Part shown: piece by piece, positions 14,387 to 23,119 of the stretch
Layout of the letters: every line of letters starts with the position of its first letter
How positions within the stretch are numbered: the first letter of the stretch is position 1
DNA from: a virus
Lineage: Duplodnaviria; Caudoviricetes
DNA: 29,154 bases
Virus record (IMG/VR): IMGVR_UViG_3300025671_000362
Location: 1-29,154 of that record
Reading direction: 5' to 3' (one strand)
Position numbers and translations under genes: made by a program
The notes under the pieces: generated by a model
Seen by the model: only the letters and a program-made list of their open reading frames with translations
What the model was told of the DNA's origin: nothing
Database searches by the model: none

Positions 14387-16611
14387 CACCTCGACGGTAC
14401 GGCTCAAGAGGGAGCACGATCCAGACAAATGATGATTACGGGAAAAGGTTCCGCAACTTCATTGATGCGATCACAATGTTCAGTCCTCTGCAACCTGCAG
14501 CAAAGTCTCTGCTGTACGAAGAGGACTACCCCGTAGCACCGTTTGCCACACCACGGGACAGACTAGCAAACTTGCTGGAGGAACCAGAGTTTGAGCAGAG
14601 TCTCACAGAAGCAGGAATGGCAGGACAGGGGTTGCCCACTGCTGCAATTGGGTCGGTCTCTAAAAAACTCCCAAAACTAGGTGGTAAGTTTAGTGAGGTT
14701 CCCATCTTTAATCCGTCTGAGCATGTTGGGAAAACCATTGCTCCGATTGAGGCAGACTTGACTGCAGGCAGTCGGTATTTCACAGGCATTGGCAGTTCTA
14801 AAATTGATGCACCAGAGCCCTTGTTAGGCGGCCCTGAATACGTTGTGCAGGAAGGTCGAGTTGCTCAGACAGTAGATCCCCAGAAGAGAGCAAGGATTGC
14901 AGAAGCTCAGACCAGAGACTTACCTGTCCCCACCTTTATGCAGGAGATGGGGCAACCTCGCAAACCTGCGGAGGCAATCTGGGCAGCACGGAAGAATGAC
15001 TTGGTTGGAGGTCAAGGGAAACAAGCAGACTACATCACAGTTCACGCAATGAGTCCCGAAAGCCATCAGTCGAATCAGTCTGTGATGAATGCCACACTGA
15101 AACAGTTGGCAGCATATGTCCGAGACAATCGCTTGACTGCTGAACAGGTAAAAGATTTAGACGATTTAATTCAGAAGAAAGTCCCTGAGTTTCCAGGACT
15201 GCAGGACCCTGATGTATTTAAGATTACCGATCAACTGAGTTTTGATAAACGTGCAGAAATTTTGAAGACCTTGCAGTCTGCAAAGGCAACAGATGCTGGA
15301 TCGCCTGCTGCGAAAATTGTACGAGAGACACTCAGCGATGAATTTGCTGGGGCACAGAGACACCAACCAATGTTGGTGATGAAACCGTATCGTGATGCAG
15401 ATGGCAACCTGATTCCTCTGGAGATGGGGAAGGATGTACTGGGAGAGCATCCATCGTACACCAAGACTTTTGCAGGTGAGGTAGTAGGGAGATTTGCTGC
15501 ACCTGTCAAATCAGAGACATTGTACCCTGAGTTCTATGGTTCTCGACGGGCAGCAGGAATGCCAGAGAGAGACATCAATTATGTATTTGGGTCAAGGGAC
15601 TACCCCCTGCAAATGATCACACCAGAAATTGCGTCATCAATCCGTTCTCAACCTTTTGAGTTTATTCAATCCCCAAGGCAAGCACGGTTGGCAACAGATG
15701 CAGGTCTGGGCAATTGGCGAGTGATGAGTGGCAAGCAGACAAAAGGTGCTGCAGACTTTAACCGTGAACTGATGCTATCTCCAGCTTCTTCTACTTTGAC
15801 TCGGTATGATGGACAGAACGGAAGAATGACTATGAAGGATCTGAACAAGATGATCAGGTCTGAGAAGATGTCATTGTACTCATTAGGAGAGAACGGCAAG
15901 ATTGGATTTGGATTAAAACGAGAAACAAACTACAACAATGAATATGGACTAAACAACCCATTGTTTGCCAATGATGATGTGGCAATCGTCAGTGTGTTCA
16001 ATAATGAGAAAGGCGCAAGAGGAGTAGCAGGCCCTGGCACAATGTTGGAAGCACTCCGAAAAGGTGGAAACGTTCTTGATGCCTTCTCTGTCCCAACGGC
16101 AAAGAACCCCAACGGATTCCTGCCAGACACCTATGAAAGATTTGGCTTTGAAGTAGTCGAAAGAATTCCGTTCAACAAAGAATTTTATACTAAAAAAGAA
16201 GTTGAAGATCTGGTAGACTATTGGAGAAGTACAGGTTGGGATGAATCTCAGGGGATGCCTGAGATTGTCGTAATGAAATACACCGGAGACCCAGATGTTA
16301 GACAAAACCCAGTCAGAACTTTTTTTGAACAGGGTCGAATCGGTTCTGCAGGAAGAGTTGAGAACATCGACAGATCAGCAAGTAGCAGTCTTGTTAGACG
16401 GGCTAGACGGGCTTCTGAATCGGTTCCAACCAGAGCAGATAACCGACTTAATGATCCAGGGACAGTGGGACGTAGCAACCCACCTGCATCCCGTGGACGG
16501 TTCTCTGGCCTACTAAATGAGATTGCGTCACTAAATCCTACCGACGCATTTAATCTCGACCTCCCTCAGTCTGACATTTCTTCTCTACAATCTCTTCTTT
16601 TTGACCCTTAG
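14383..16611 (+). CDS. Large multidomain protein with a C-terminal GNAT-like domain
   Basis: 742 aa, ATGA-coupled to portal. The segment IVSVFNNEKGARGVAG...LDAF...LPDTYERFGFEVVERIPF...PEIVVMKY resembles an acetyltransferase fold; the central domain is unassigned. Confidence 0.65.
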   Translation: MTPRRYGSRGSTIQTNDDYGKRFRNFIDAITMFSPLQPAAKSLLYEEDYPVAPFATPRDRLANLLEEPEFEQSLTEAGMAGQGLPTAAIGSVSKKLPKLGGKFSEVPIFNPSEHVGKTIAPIEADLTAGSRYFTGIGSSKIDAPEPLLGGPEYVVQEGRVAQTVDPQKRARIAEAQTRDLPVPTFMQEMGQPRKPAEAIWAARKNDLVGGQGKQADYITVHAMSPESHQSNQSVMNATLKQLAAYVRDNRLTAEQVKDLDDLIQKKVPEFPGLQDPDVFKITDQLSFDKRAEILKTLQSAKATDAGSPAAKIVRETLSDEFAGAQRHQPMLVMKPYRDADGNLIPLEMGKDVLGEHPSYTKTFAGEVVGRFAAPVKSETLYPEFYGSRRAAGMPERDINYVFGSRDYPLQMITPEIASSIRSQPFEFIQSPRQARLATDAGLGNWRVMSGKQTKGAADFNRELMLSPASSTLTRYDGQNGRMTMKDLNKMIRSEKMSLYSLGENGKIGFGLKRETNYNNEYGLNNPLFANDDVAIVSVFNNEKGARGVAGPGTMLEALRKGGNVLDAFSVPTAKNPNGFLPDTYERFGFEVVERIPFNKEFYTKKEVEDLVDYWRSTGWDESQGMPEIVVMKYTGDPDVRQNPVRTFFEQGRIGSAGRVENIDRSASSSLVRRARRASESVPTRADNRLNDPGTVGRSNPPASRGRFSGLLNEIASLNPTDAFNLDLPQSDISSLQSLLFDP

Positions 16612-16615
16612 AAAA

Positions 16616-16638
16616 TAATCGAAATTATACGGATTATT
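16616..16638. promoter_or_regulatory. TAAT-N4-ATTA / 9-bp-period site, copy 3 (upstream of the scaffold gene run)
   Basis: TAATCGAAA TTATACGGA TTATT; palindrome at 16616-16627. Confidence 0.6.
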
Positions 16639-16734
16639 ATGCCCAACCCGATGAAATTCAAACCCTGTCCAACGTGTCCTGCTCCGAAGGTCTGTGCAAA
16701 ACTGGGCAGGTGTATCAAACAACAAAGGAAATGA
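16639..16734 (+). CDS. 31-aa four-Cys peptide (not in the ORF track)
   Basis: Hand translation MPNPMKFKPCPTCPAPKVCAKLGRCIKQQRK; fills the intergenic gap; ATGA overlap with the next gene. Confidence 0.6.
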   Translation: MPNPMKFKPCPTCPAPKVCAKLGRCIKQQRK

Positions 16735-16979
16735 TGACAGATCCAATCATCCGTGTCGGTGATCAAGCAAAGAAAATCCTGCAGGAAGATGCCGTTCGTC
16801 AGGCATTCGATGACCTCAAGTCTGGCCTAGTCCAGCAATGGATTTCCGGTAAGAGTCCAGACGAACGGGAATCCTGTTGGAACGCATACCATGCAGTCGT
16901 GAACCTGCAGAACGAACTGAACGCCCAGGTCCAGAGATCCATTCGCAGGAAAAAACAAACCTCTAAAGGAGACGAGTAA
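16731..16979 (+). CDS. Small helical protein preceding the scaffold
   Basis: MMTDPIIRVGDQAKKILQ...QWISG...ERESCW; AAGGA upstream; start 16731 preferred to 16674. Confidence 0.8.
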   Translation: MMTDPIIRVGDQAKKILQEDAVRQAFDDLKSGLVQQWISGKSPDERESCWNAYHAVVNLQNELNAQVQRSIRRKKQTSKGDE

Positions 16980-16981
16980 GA

Positions 16982-17962
16982 ATGTCCGAGTACGCAGACT
17001 CCGTCAATGTCCCAGCAGAGACAGATGGAACACCTCAAACTCCCGATATGATTGTGGCAGATAAGTTTGATGATCTCCTTGGAACACGTCCTCCAGAGCA
17101 GACCGAAGAAGTTGACGAACCTCAAGACGAGTATGACGATGTACAAGACGAAGAAGAAGAAACCGAAGAAGTAGAGGCAGCAGAACCTGAACTCTACAAA
17201 GTAATTATTGATGGGGAAGAGGTCGAGGTCTCCCTCGATGAGCTGCAGAAGGGATACAGCAGGCAATCAGATTATACACGCAAGACCCAGCAACTTGCAC
17301 AGCAGAGAAAAGAGGCCGAGGCACTGCAACAGGACTATGCTCAACGAGTTCAGCAACTCAATCAGTTTGCCCAACAGATTCAGCAGCAACCGGATATTCC
17401 CGAACCCCAATGGACTAGTGATCCGCAAGCCTGGGAACGTCTGCGACACGAAGATCCAGTCCAGTTTGTTTTGGAAAAGGATGCTGCGAGAGACCGACAA
17501 CTGGCGAGGCAAGAACGCCAACAACAGATGCAGTACCTCCAGAGTGAACAGCAGCAGTTGCAACAACAGCAGTTTGCCCAGCATCTCGACACACAACGAC
17601 AGCAGTTGAACGAATTGATTCCTGCCTGGTCCGACAAAGAGACCGCAAAGGCCGAGAAAGCAGAACTACGAAAGTGGGCTAGTGATGCCTACGGATTGAC
17701 CGAACAAGACCTGAGTCAAGCCTACGATGCTCGACTAGTAAAGATCCTTTATGACGCCTGGACTGCGAACAAGACTACCTCGCAGGCCAAGCAACAACTG
17801 AAGAAGAGTCCTGAATCGACAGTCAAGACTGCACCGAAGATGGGCCGCAATTTTACCCCTACTGATGAAGGTGCATCACGACTCAAAAAGTCAATGCAAC
17901 GCCTGCAGAAGTCTGGGAAGAACCAAGACGCAGTTGCAGTATTCGACGCACTATTGCGTTGA
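16982..17962 (+). CDS. Capsid scaffolding protein
   Basis: Acidic N-terminus; YKVIIDGEEVEVSLDELQKGYSRQSDYTRKTQ; Gln-rich coiled coil; immediately before the capsid gene. Confidence 0.9.
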   Translation: MSEYADSVNVPAETDGTPQTPDMIVADKFDDLLGTRPPEQTEEVDEPQDEYDDVQDEEEETEEVEAAEPELYKVIIDGEEVEVSLDELQKGYSRQSDYTRKTQQLAQQRKEAEALQQDYAQRVQQLNQFAQQIQQQPDIPEPQWTSDPQAWERLRHEDPVQFVLEKDAARDRQLARQERQQQMQYLQSEQQQLQQQQFAQHLDTQRQQLNELIPAWSDKETAKAEKAELRKWASDAYGLTEQDLSQAYDARLVKILYDAWTANKTTSQAKQQLKKSPESTVKTAPKMGRNFTPTDEGASRLKKSMQRLQKSGKNQDAVAVFDALLR

Positions 17963-17981
17963 ACCTGCAAATTTTTTTGCC

Positions 17982-18008
17982 CAATATGGGTAATCTAGAT
18001 TATTGGAG
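17982..18008. promoter_or_regulatory. TAAT-N4-ATTA / 9-bp-period site, copy 4 (upstream of major capsid)
   Basis: CAATATGGG TAATCTAGA TTATTGGAG; perfect palindrome TAATCTAGATTA at 17991-18002; the third unit contains the SD. Confidence 0.65.
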
Positions 18009-18017
18009 TAAGTCACA

Positions 18018-18980
18018 ATGGCACTTCTCACGAATGCCTCTACGTCCTACGACATCAAAACGTCAGGCACGGAAGAGGATGTAATTGATATCAAAGAGAT
18101 TGTTTATAACATCTCTCCCACAGAGACCCCATTCGTCAACAGTGTAGGGACCCGCAACGTGTCCAACACTGTCTTCGAGTGGATCACAGAAGAACTGAGT
18201 GCGACCAGCACAACGACTGACCTGGAAGGTGATGCGATCAGTGCTGCTGCGGCAAGCCTGACCACCCGCAACAGCAACGTCTGTCAGATCATGTCGAGGG
18301 CAGTAGCTGTGACAGGGACCCAGTCTGCGATTAAGTTGTACGGGAAAACCAGCCAGATGGCCCATCAGATGGCAAGACGCACCAAAGAATTGAAACGTTC
18401 TGTGGAAGCTGCACTGCTGTCAAACCAGGCCAAAGCCACAGGTAACGCAACGACTGCGCGAACCTCCGCGATGATTGGTGCCTGGTTGGACACCAACACC
18501 AGTTTTGATGCCACGTCTGGTGCAGATCCGGTGACAGTTGGATCAACAGCCCGAACCGACTCCTCGGCACAACGAGCATTGACTGCAACCTTGATCAACA
18601 CCGTGATGCAGTCCTGCTACACGGAAGGTGGTGAGCCAGATCGACTGATGGTCGGTCCTTACAACAAGACCGTGGTTTCAACATTGACCGGACGATCTAT
18701 CGCCCGTGAGATGATTGATTCCAATACGGCTGGTAGCAACGTAACCGTGTTTGCGACGGACTTTGGAGATCTTCAGGTGATGCCAAATCGCTTTCAGCGA
18801 GAGCGGGACGCATTCCTCATATCGCCCGATTTTGCGAAGGTTTCCTACTTGAGAAATTTCCAGGTAAGTACCCTCGGAAAGACCAGTGATGCGGAGACCA
18901 AGTACCTGGTCGTCGAGATGGGTCTGGAGATGACTCAGGAAGCGGCACACGGTGGGATCTTTGATCTGGAAACCTCCTAA
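18018..18980 (+). CDS. Major capsid protein (DUF5309/SU10-like)
   Basis: IYNISPTETPF-like N-terminus, FEW, NVCQI, KELKRSVE, TDFG, PNRFQ, LGKTSDAE; 320 aa directly after the scaffold. Confidence 0.92.
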   Translation: MALLTNASTSYDIKTSGTEEDVIDIKEIVYNISPTETPFVNSVGTRNVSNTVFEWITEELSATSTTTDLEGDAISAAAASLTTRNSNVCQIMSRAVAVTGTQSAIKLYGKTSQMAHQMARRTKELKRSVEAALLSNQAKATGNATTARTSAMIGAWLDTNTSFDATSGADPVTVGSTARTDSSAQRALTATLINTVMQSCYTEGGEPDRLMVGPYNKTVVSTLTGRSIAREMIDSNTAGSNVTVFATDFGDLQVMPNRFQRERDAFLISPDFAKVSYLRNFQVSTLGKTSDAETKYLVVEMGLEMTQEAAHGGIFDLETS

Positions 18981-19010
18981 TTTTTAACTAACAGACTGCA
19001 GGTTGGAATT

Positions 19011-19337
19011 ATGTTGACCAAACAGATCCTTGATCATACGGGACATGTAATGAGTGAGTTCTATGTTGATGAAGTAGACTCGCGCAACCTGCAGATTCAC
19101 CATAAGGTCACGCAAGATATTGAACCAACCCTCCAGTTGACCAAGACCTTGCGTGACAACCAGCACCTTGATCCGTTTGCAAATAAACAAAGCGGATGGA
19201 AACGAGTTGCCGAGATCCCACGGGTTCTCTACGACCAACTCGCGCAGCAGGGAATCACCAGAGACAAGAAGAAATTCCGAGCATGGTTGAATGACTATGC
19301 AAACAAACCCTTCAGAGTCTGGGAGGGCAGACTGTGA
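19011..19337 (+). CDS. Hypothetical protein following the capsid gene
   Basis: TQDIEP...WKRVAEIP...WLND..NKPFRVWEGRL; GTGA-coupled to the adaptor gene. Confidence 0.82.
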   Translation: MLTKQILDHTGHVMSEFYVDEVDSRNLQIHHKVTQDIEPTLQLTKTLRDNQHLDPFANKQSGWKRVAEIPRVLYDQLAQQGITRDKKKFRAWLNDYANKPFRVWEGRL

Positions 19338-19954
19338 CCTTTGACGAACTAAAAAGCAATATTGCAGACTGGCTCAACCGAACGGATCTGACCTCGGTCA
19401 TTCCGACCTTCATCACCTTGGCGGAAGCCAGGTTGAACCGACAGCTCAGGACGACCAATCAGTACACCCGTGCAGACATCTCGACGAGTGATCAGTACCT
19501 CTCCATGCCAAGTGATTTCCTAGAGATGCGGCATCTGCGGATGACAAGCCCAAAAGAGAGGGATCTGGTGGAAATCGCAGCTCATGCGATCAATGAGTAC
19601 ACCGACACCAATTTCATCGCAGGACTGGCAGACTCGTATCCCAGATATTTCGTGTATGGCAACGCCTTGCGGATCATCCCTGCACCGAGTGAGGCGATCA
19701 CCTACGAAATGTTTTACTACGCCAAGATCCCAGCACTGTCCTCAACCAACACAACAAACTGGGTTTCTACCTCTCACCCCGATGCCTATCTCTACTACAG
19801 TTTGATGCAGGCATCTCCGTATCTCGGAGAGGATGAGAGAATCCAAATCTGGCAACTGCAGGCAGAACGTGCCGTTGCTGAGATCCAGGCATCAGATGAC
19901 CGAAGGAGAACGAAGGGCAGCAGGCACTCCCTGAACTTCCAGGCCATGTCATGA
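19334..19954 (+). CDS. Head-to-tail adaptor (tail tubular A / gp4-like)
   Basis: ELKSNIADWLNRTDLT..IPTFITLAEARLNRQLR; TNW....PDAYLYYSL..A.PYL; position after the capsid gene. Confidence 0.85.
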   Translation: MTFDELKSNIADWLNRTDLTSVIPTFITLAEARLNRQLRTTNQYTRADISTSDQYLSMPSDFLEMRHLRMTSPKERDLVEIAAHAINEYTDTNFIAGLADSYPRYFVYGNALRIIPAPSEAITYEMFYYAKIPALSSTNTTNWVSTSHPDAYLYYSLMQASPYLGEDERIQIWQLQAERAVAEIQASDDRRRTKGSRHSLNFQAMS

Positions 19955-20133
19955 GTGAGTTGATCCGATACGGCACAAAAAGATATGGGATTGGGCCGTT
20001 TGTGATTCGGCTCGAATATCGAGAGCAGTTACCGCCAAGTTCGACCTGGACAGAAAGAACAGATCCCACAGATGAATTCTGGACGAAACGTCCAGATGCC
20101 ACTGTGGAGGAATGGACACAGAGGACGTTATAA
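19951..20133 (+). CDS. Small hypothetical (probably virion) protein
   Basis: Coupled at both ends (ATGA, TAATG); YGTKRYGIGPF and three WT(E/K/Q)R repeats. Confidence 0.65.
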   Translation: MSELIRYGTKRYGIGPFVIRLEYREQLPPSSTWTERTDPTDEFWTKRPDATVEEWTQRTL

Positions 20134-20525
20134 TGCCAACAACGACCAATTACAGTATCACCCTTCCCACGGTTGGAGGGGATAAAAATCGATGGGCCAC
20201 GGTTCTAAATGACGCATTCCAGTCATTAGAAACGGAGGTCTATAATGTGGACCAAGTGCTAGGGGAAGCATCTGACAGTAGCACCCCGTCACTGGCGTAC
20301 AACCTCACCCAAGCCAGCACGAACGCCAGCACTGCAAAAACGAACTCTGAGACTGCAATCAGTGTGGCGAACAAACAGGTCAATACGACTCTGACGACTT
20401 TGACAACGAGAGTGTCCGCACTGGAAACCCTAGTGGGTGCTGTTGGGACCAGTGGCTCAGTCGCAGATGATGCGAGAACAGCAAAAACGACTGCACAATC
20501 CGCCTACACTGCAGCAACGACCTGA
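20133..20525 (+). CDS. Short fibre-like protein with N-terminal anchor motif and coiled coil
   Basis: MPTTTNYSITLPTVGGDKNRWATVLNDAF; Thr/Ala-rich heptads LTTRVSALE; TAATG coupling gives start 20133. Confidence 0.72.
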   Translation: MPTTTNYSITLPTVGGDKNRWATVLNDAFQSLETEVYNVDQVLGEASDSSTPSLAYNLTQASTNASTAKTNSETAISVANKQVNTTLTTLTTRVSALETLVGAVGTSGSVADDARTAKTTAQSAYTAATT

Positions 20526-20527
20526 TT

Positions 20528-21478
20528 ATGTCATTCACCTCCTCCCCCTACACGGACCTGATCCTACCGACTCCGAATGAGGATAATTCAACGTATGGGA
20601 CGATTCTCAACACCTACTTTCAGGCGTTGGAAACCAAGCTCAAAAATCTATCTGACCGGATCAATGCCGCAGGTGTGGGGAGTAGTTCCACTTTGGCTCA
20701 GATCAATCGGGACATCGCTCAAGTAAACACAAACACCTCTGGGATTCTCCCAGACCCGTACAGTGGAGATTTTACAACCGTTTCAACGTGGCCTGCGTTC
20801 AATACGGAACTGACTGCGTTGGGCCTGTCTCCTCCAGAGACTGCCAGTGAGATTGAGGCGTTCTTTAGTGGGTCAGACCTTACTGCTTTTGTGAACTTTC
20901 TCAACGGGAAACTCTCTGCACTCGACACGCTGGTCAGCACAGCAGAAACCGACATCTGTATTGCGAACAAATATTCAGACACGGTGCTAAATCCAGAGGA
21001 CTATCTGGTGTGGGCCCAGACGTCTCAGACCACTCATTCGTTTACGACCACAAACTCTTTTATTGCTGCCGGGACTTACACGAACGCAACATTTATCCCA
21101 GGATCTGGGACTGGATACCCCCCTCCTAGTTGGAATTCTGGAAATGCTCTCAACGGGGTGACGATGTACACCTCGTTACCTGACGCCAGCACTTACGGAT
21201 TATCTGACGTTGGGCTGACCCGCACAGTCGTTAGCGATTCCCGCATTACGTTTGTTTCAAATTCCACAGTCGTGATCAATGTTCCCGATCAGAATTCTGG
21301 GACTGCGTATGCCACTAATTACACGTTTCAGTTAGCAAGCGCTTGGAATGGAGATGGCCCTTATTATCGGACCTATACTTCCAATGGCCCAGTGGTTAGT
21401 GGAAATGTTTATGATTATAATATGACGATGACGACATACACCCTCAGTCTTCCTGCACCTGATACGAGCACTTGCTGA
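20528..21478 (+). CDS. Fibre/spike-like virion protein
   Basis: Anchor-like N-terminus LILPTPNEDNSTYGTILNTYF; coiled coil; Thr/Ser/Tyr-rich beta-type C-terminal domain. Confidence 0.7.
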   Translation: MSFTSSPYTDLILPTPNEDNSTYGTILNTYFQALETKLKNLSDRINAAGVGSSSTLAQINRDIAQVNTNTSGILPDPYSGDFTTVSTWPAFNTELTALGLSPPETASEIEAFFSGSDLTAFVNFLNGKLSALDTLVSTAETDICIANKYSDTVLNPEDYLVWAQTSQTTHSFTTTNSFIAAGTYTNATFIPGSGTGYPPPSWNSGNALNGVTMYTSLPDASTYGLSDVGLTRTVVSDSRITFVSNSTVVINVPDQNSGTAYATNYTFQLASAWNGDGPYYRTYTSNGPVVSGNVYDYNMTMTTYTLSLPAPDTSTC

Positions 21479-23118
21479 TGCCAACCACTACGACGAACTA
21501 CGCACTCAACCTACCCATAGTAGGATCTGATGATGATCAGTGGGGTACGTATCTAAATACAAATTTTACCAAGATCGACACCGAACTGAAGACTCTGAAT
21601 GATTCGATTGCAGATCAGGATCTGGAGGAGTTAGGGAATGTGGTCAATACCACTCCAGCCGAGGACCAGGTCCTTCAGTTCAACGGTCAGAACTGGTCAG
21701 CATCTTCTCTCACAATCTCCGACATCTCAGGACTTCAGACTGTCCTTGATGCTAAAGCAGACGACAGTGACCTCACAGGCATCACGACGAATCCAGCAGA
21801 TGGGTCCGTATCTTACGCCAAGCTCAACACTGCACTCCAGGTGCAGGTTGATCGAATCCTGCTGACCGATGATGATGCCAGTCCTACCGATAATCAGATC
21901 CTCAAATATTCAACTACCGATTCAAAGTGGGAGTATGCAGATCTTCCAGGTTCAACGGTTCAAACACTTTCAGACGTAAACACGTCATCCCTCGCAGACG
22001 ATGCTGTGCTGGTTTACAACAGCACTGCAGGAGAGTTTCAGTTTGAGTCTGGTGCAACACTAAGGACCACGTTAGGGGTCGATGTCAGTGGGACTGATAA
22101 CTCGATTCCGGTGACTCTATCGGGGTCTTTGGATTACCTGACTTTATCCGGTCAAGCGATCACCCTGCAGCAAGTCAACCTTACGACAGATGTGACCGAC
22201 ACCCTCCCAGTTGCCTCTGGTGGGACAGGCAGTGCGACTGCTTCAGATGCCAGGACTGCTTTAGGACTGGGGGCATTAGCGACCCAGGACACGATTACCG
22301 AGTCGCAGATTTCTGATCTGCAATCTTACCTGACTGCCGAGACCAATGATCTCAGCACAGCAGTAACGGGAACTCTCGGAACAGGAAATGGGGGAACTGG
22401 ACTGACTGCAATCGGGACTGCAAACCAGGTCCTGGCAGTCAATAGTGGTGCGACTGCACTAGAATTCCAGACTCTAGCGACTGGCGGAACGGTTACTTCT
22501 GTCGCAGTTTCTGGCTCAGATGGGATCGAGGTAGATAGTGGGTCTCCCATTACTAGCAGTGGGACGATTGCACTTGGGATCAACGCAACGAGTCTGAGTA
22601 CTCATCTTGGTCTTGGCACTGCAGCAACGACAGCAGCAACGGATTATGCTACGGCAGATCAGGGTGCTACTGCAGACAGTGCCTTACAAGATGTGGTCAA
22701 CGATACGACACCGCAGTTAGGTGGCAACCTGGATGTTAACGGGAACAGCATCGTTTCGGTTTCAGCAGGGAACATCAGCATTACTCCCGATACTACTGGT
22801 AAAATCATCCTAGACGGGCTTTCTTGGCCTACTGCAGACGGGTCTGCAGATCAGGTTCTGAAAACCGATGGTGCTGGGAATCTCAGCTTTGTCAATCAAA
22901 GTGCTTTGGTCGTTGGGACTGCAAACTACATCGAACACAGCAGTACCGTTTCTGACTCGCTAGCTATTAGTGCAGGAACGAATCGAATGTATGTGGGGAA
23001 TACCAGCTTTAGTAGTGGTGGAGTGACGATGGCAGGAACTTTGGTCGTAACTGGCGGATATGCAAATTTTACTAGTGCTTCAGCATTAGTTATTACCGGA
23101 ACCCTAAACGTGATTTAA
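21478..23118 (+). CDS. Tail fibre protein
   Basis: Anchor N-terminus plus fibre modules DQVLQFNGQNW, ISDISGLQTVLDAK, LPVASGGTG, GTVTSV, TPQLGGNLDVNG and PTADGSADQVLKTDGAGNLSF. Confidence 0.87.
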   Translation: MPTTTTNYALNLPIVGSDDDQWGTYLNTNFTKIDTELKTLNDSIADQDLEELGNVVNTTPAEDQVLQFNGQNWSASSLTISDISGLQTVLDAKADDSDLTGITTNPADGSVSYAKLNTALQVQVDRILLTDDDASPTDNQILKYSTTDSKWEYADLPGSTVQTLSDVNTSSLADDAVLVYNSTAGEFQFESGATLRTTLGVDVSGTDNSIPVTLSGSLDYLTLSGQAITLQQVNLTTDVTDTLPVASGGTGSATASDARTALGLGALATQDTITESQISDLQSYLTAETNDLSTAVTGTLGTGNGGTGLTAIGTANQVLAVNSGATALEFQTLATGGTVTSVAVSGSDGIEVDSGSPITSSGTIALGINATSLSTHLGLGTAATTAATDYATADQGATADSALQDVVNDTTPQLGGNLDVNGNSIVSVSAGNISITPDTTGKIILDGLSWPTADGSADQVLKTDGAGNLSFVNQSALVVGTANYIEHSSTVSDSLAISAGTNRMYVGNTSFSSGGVTMAGTLVVTGGYANFTSASALVITGTLNVI

Positions 23119-23119
23119 T

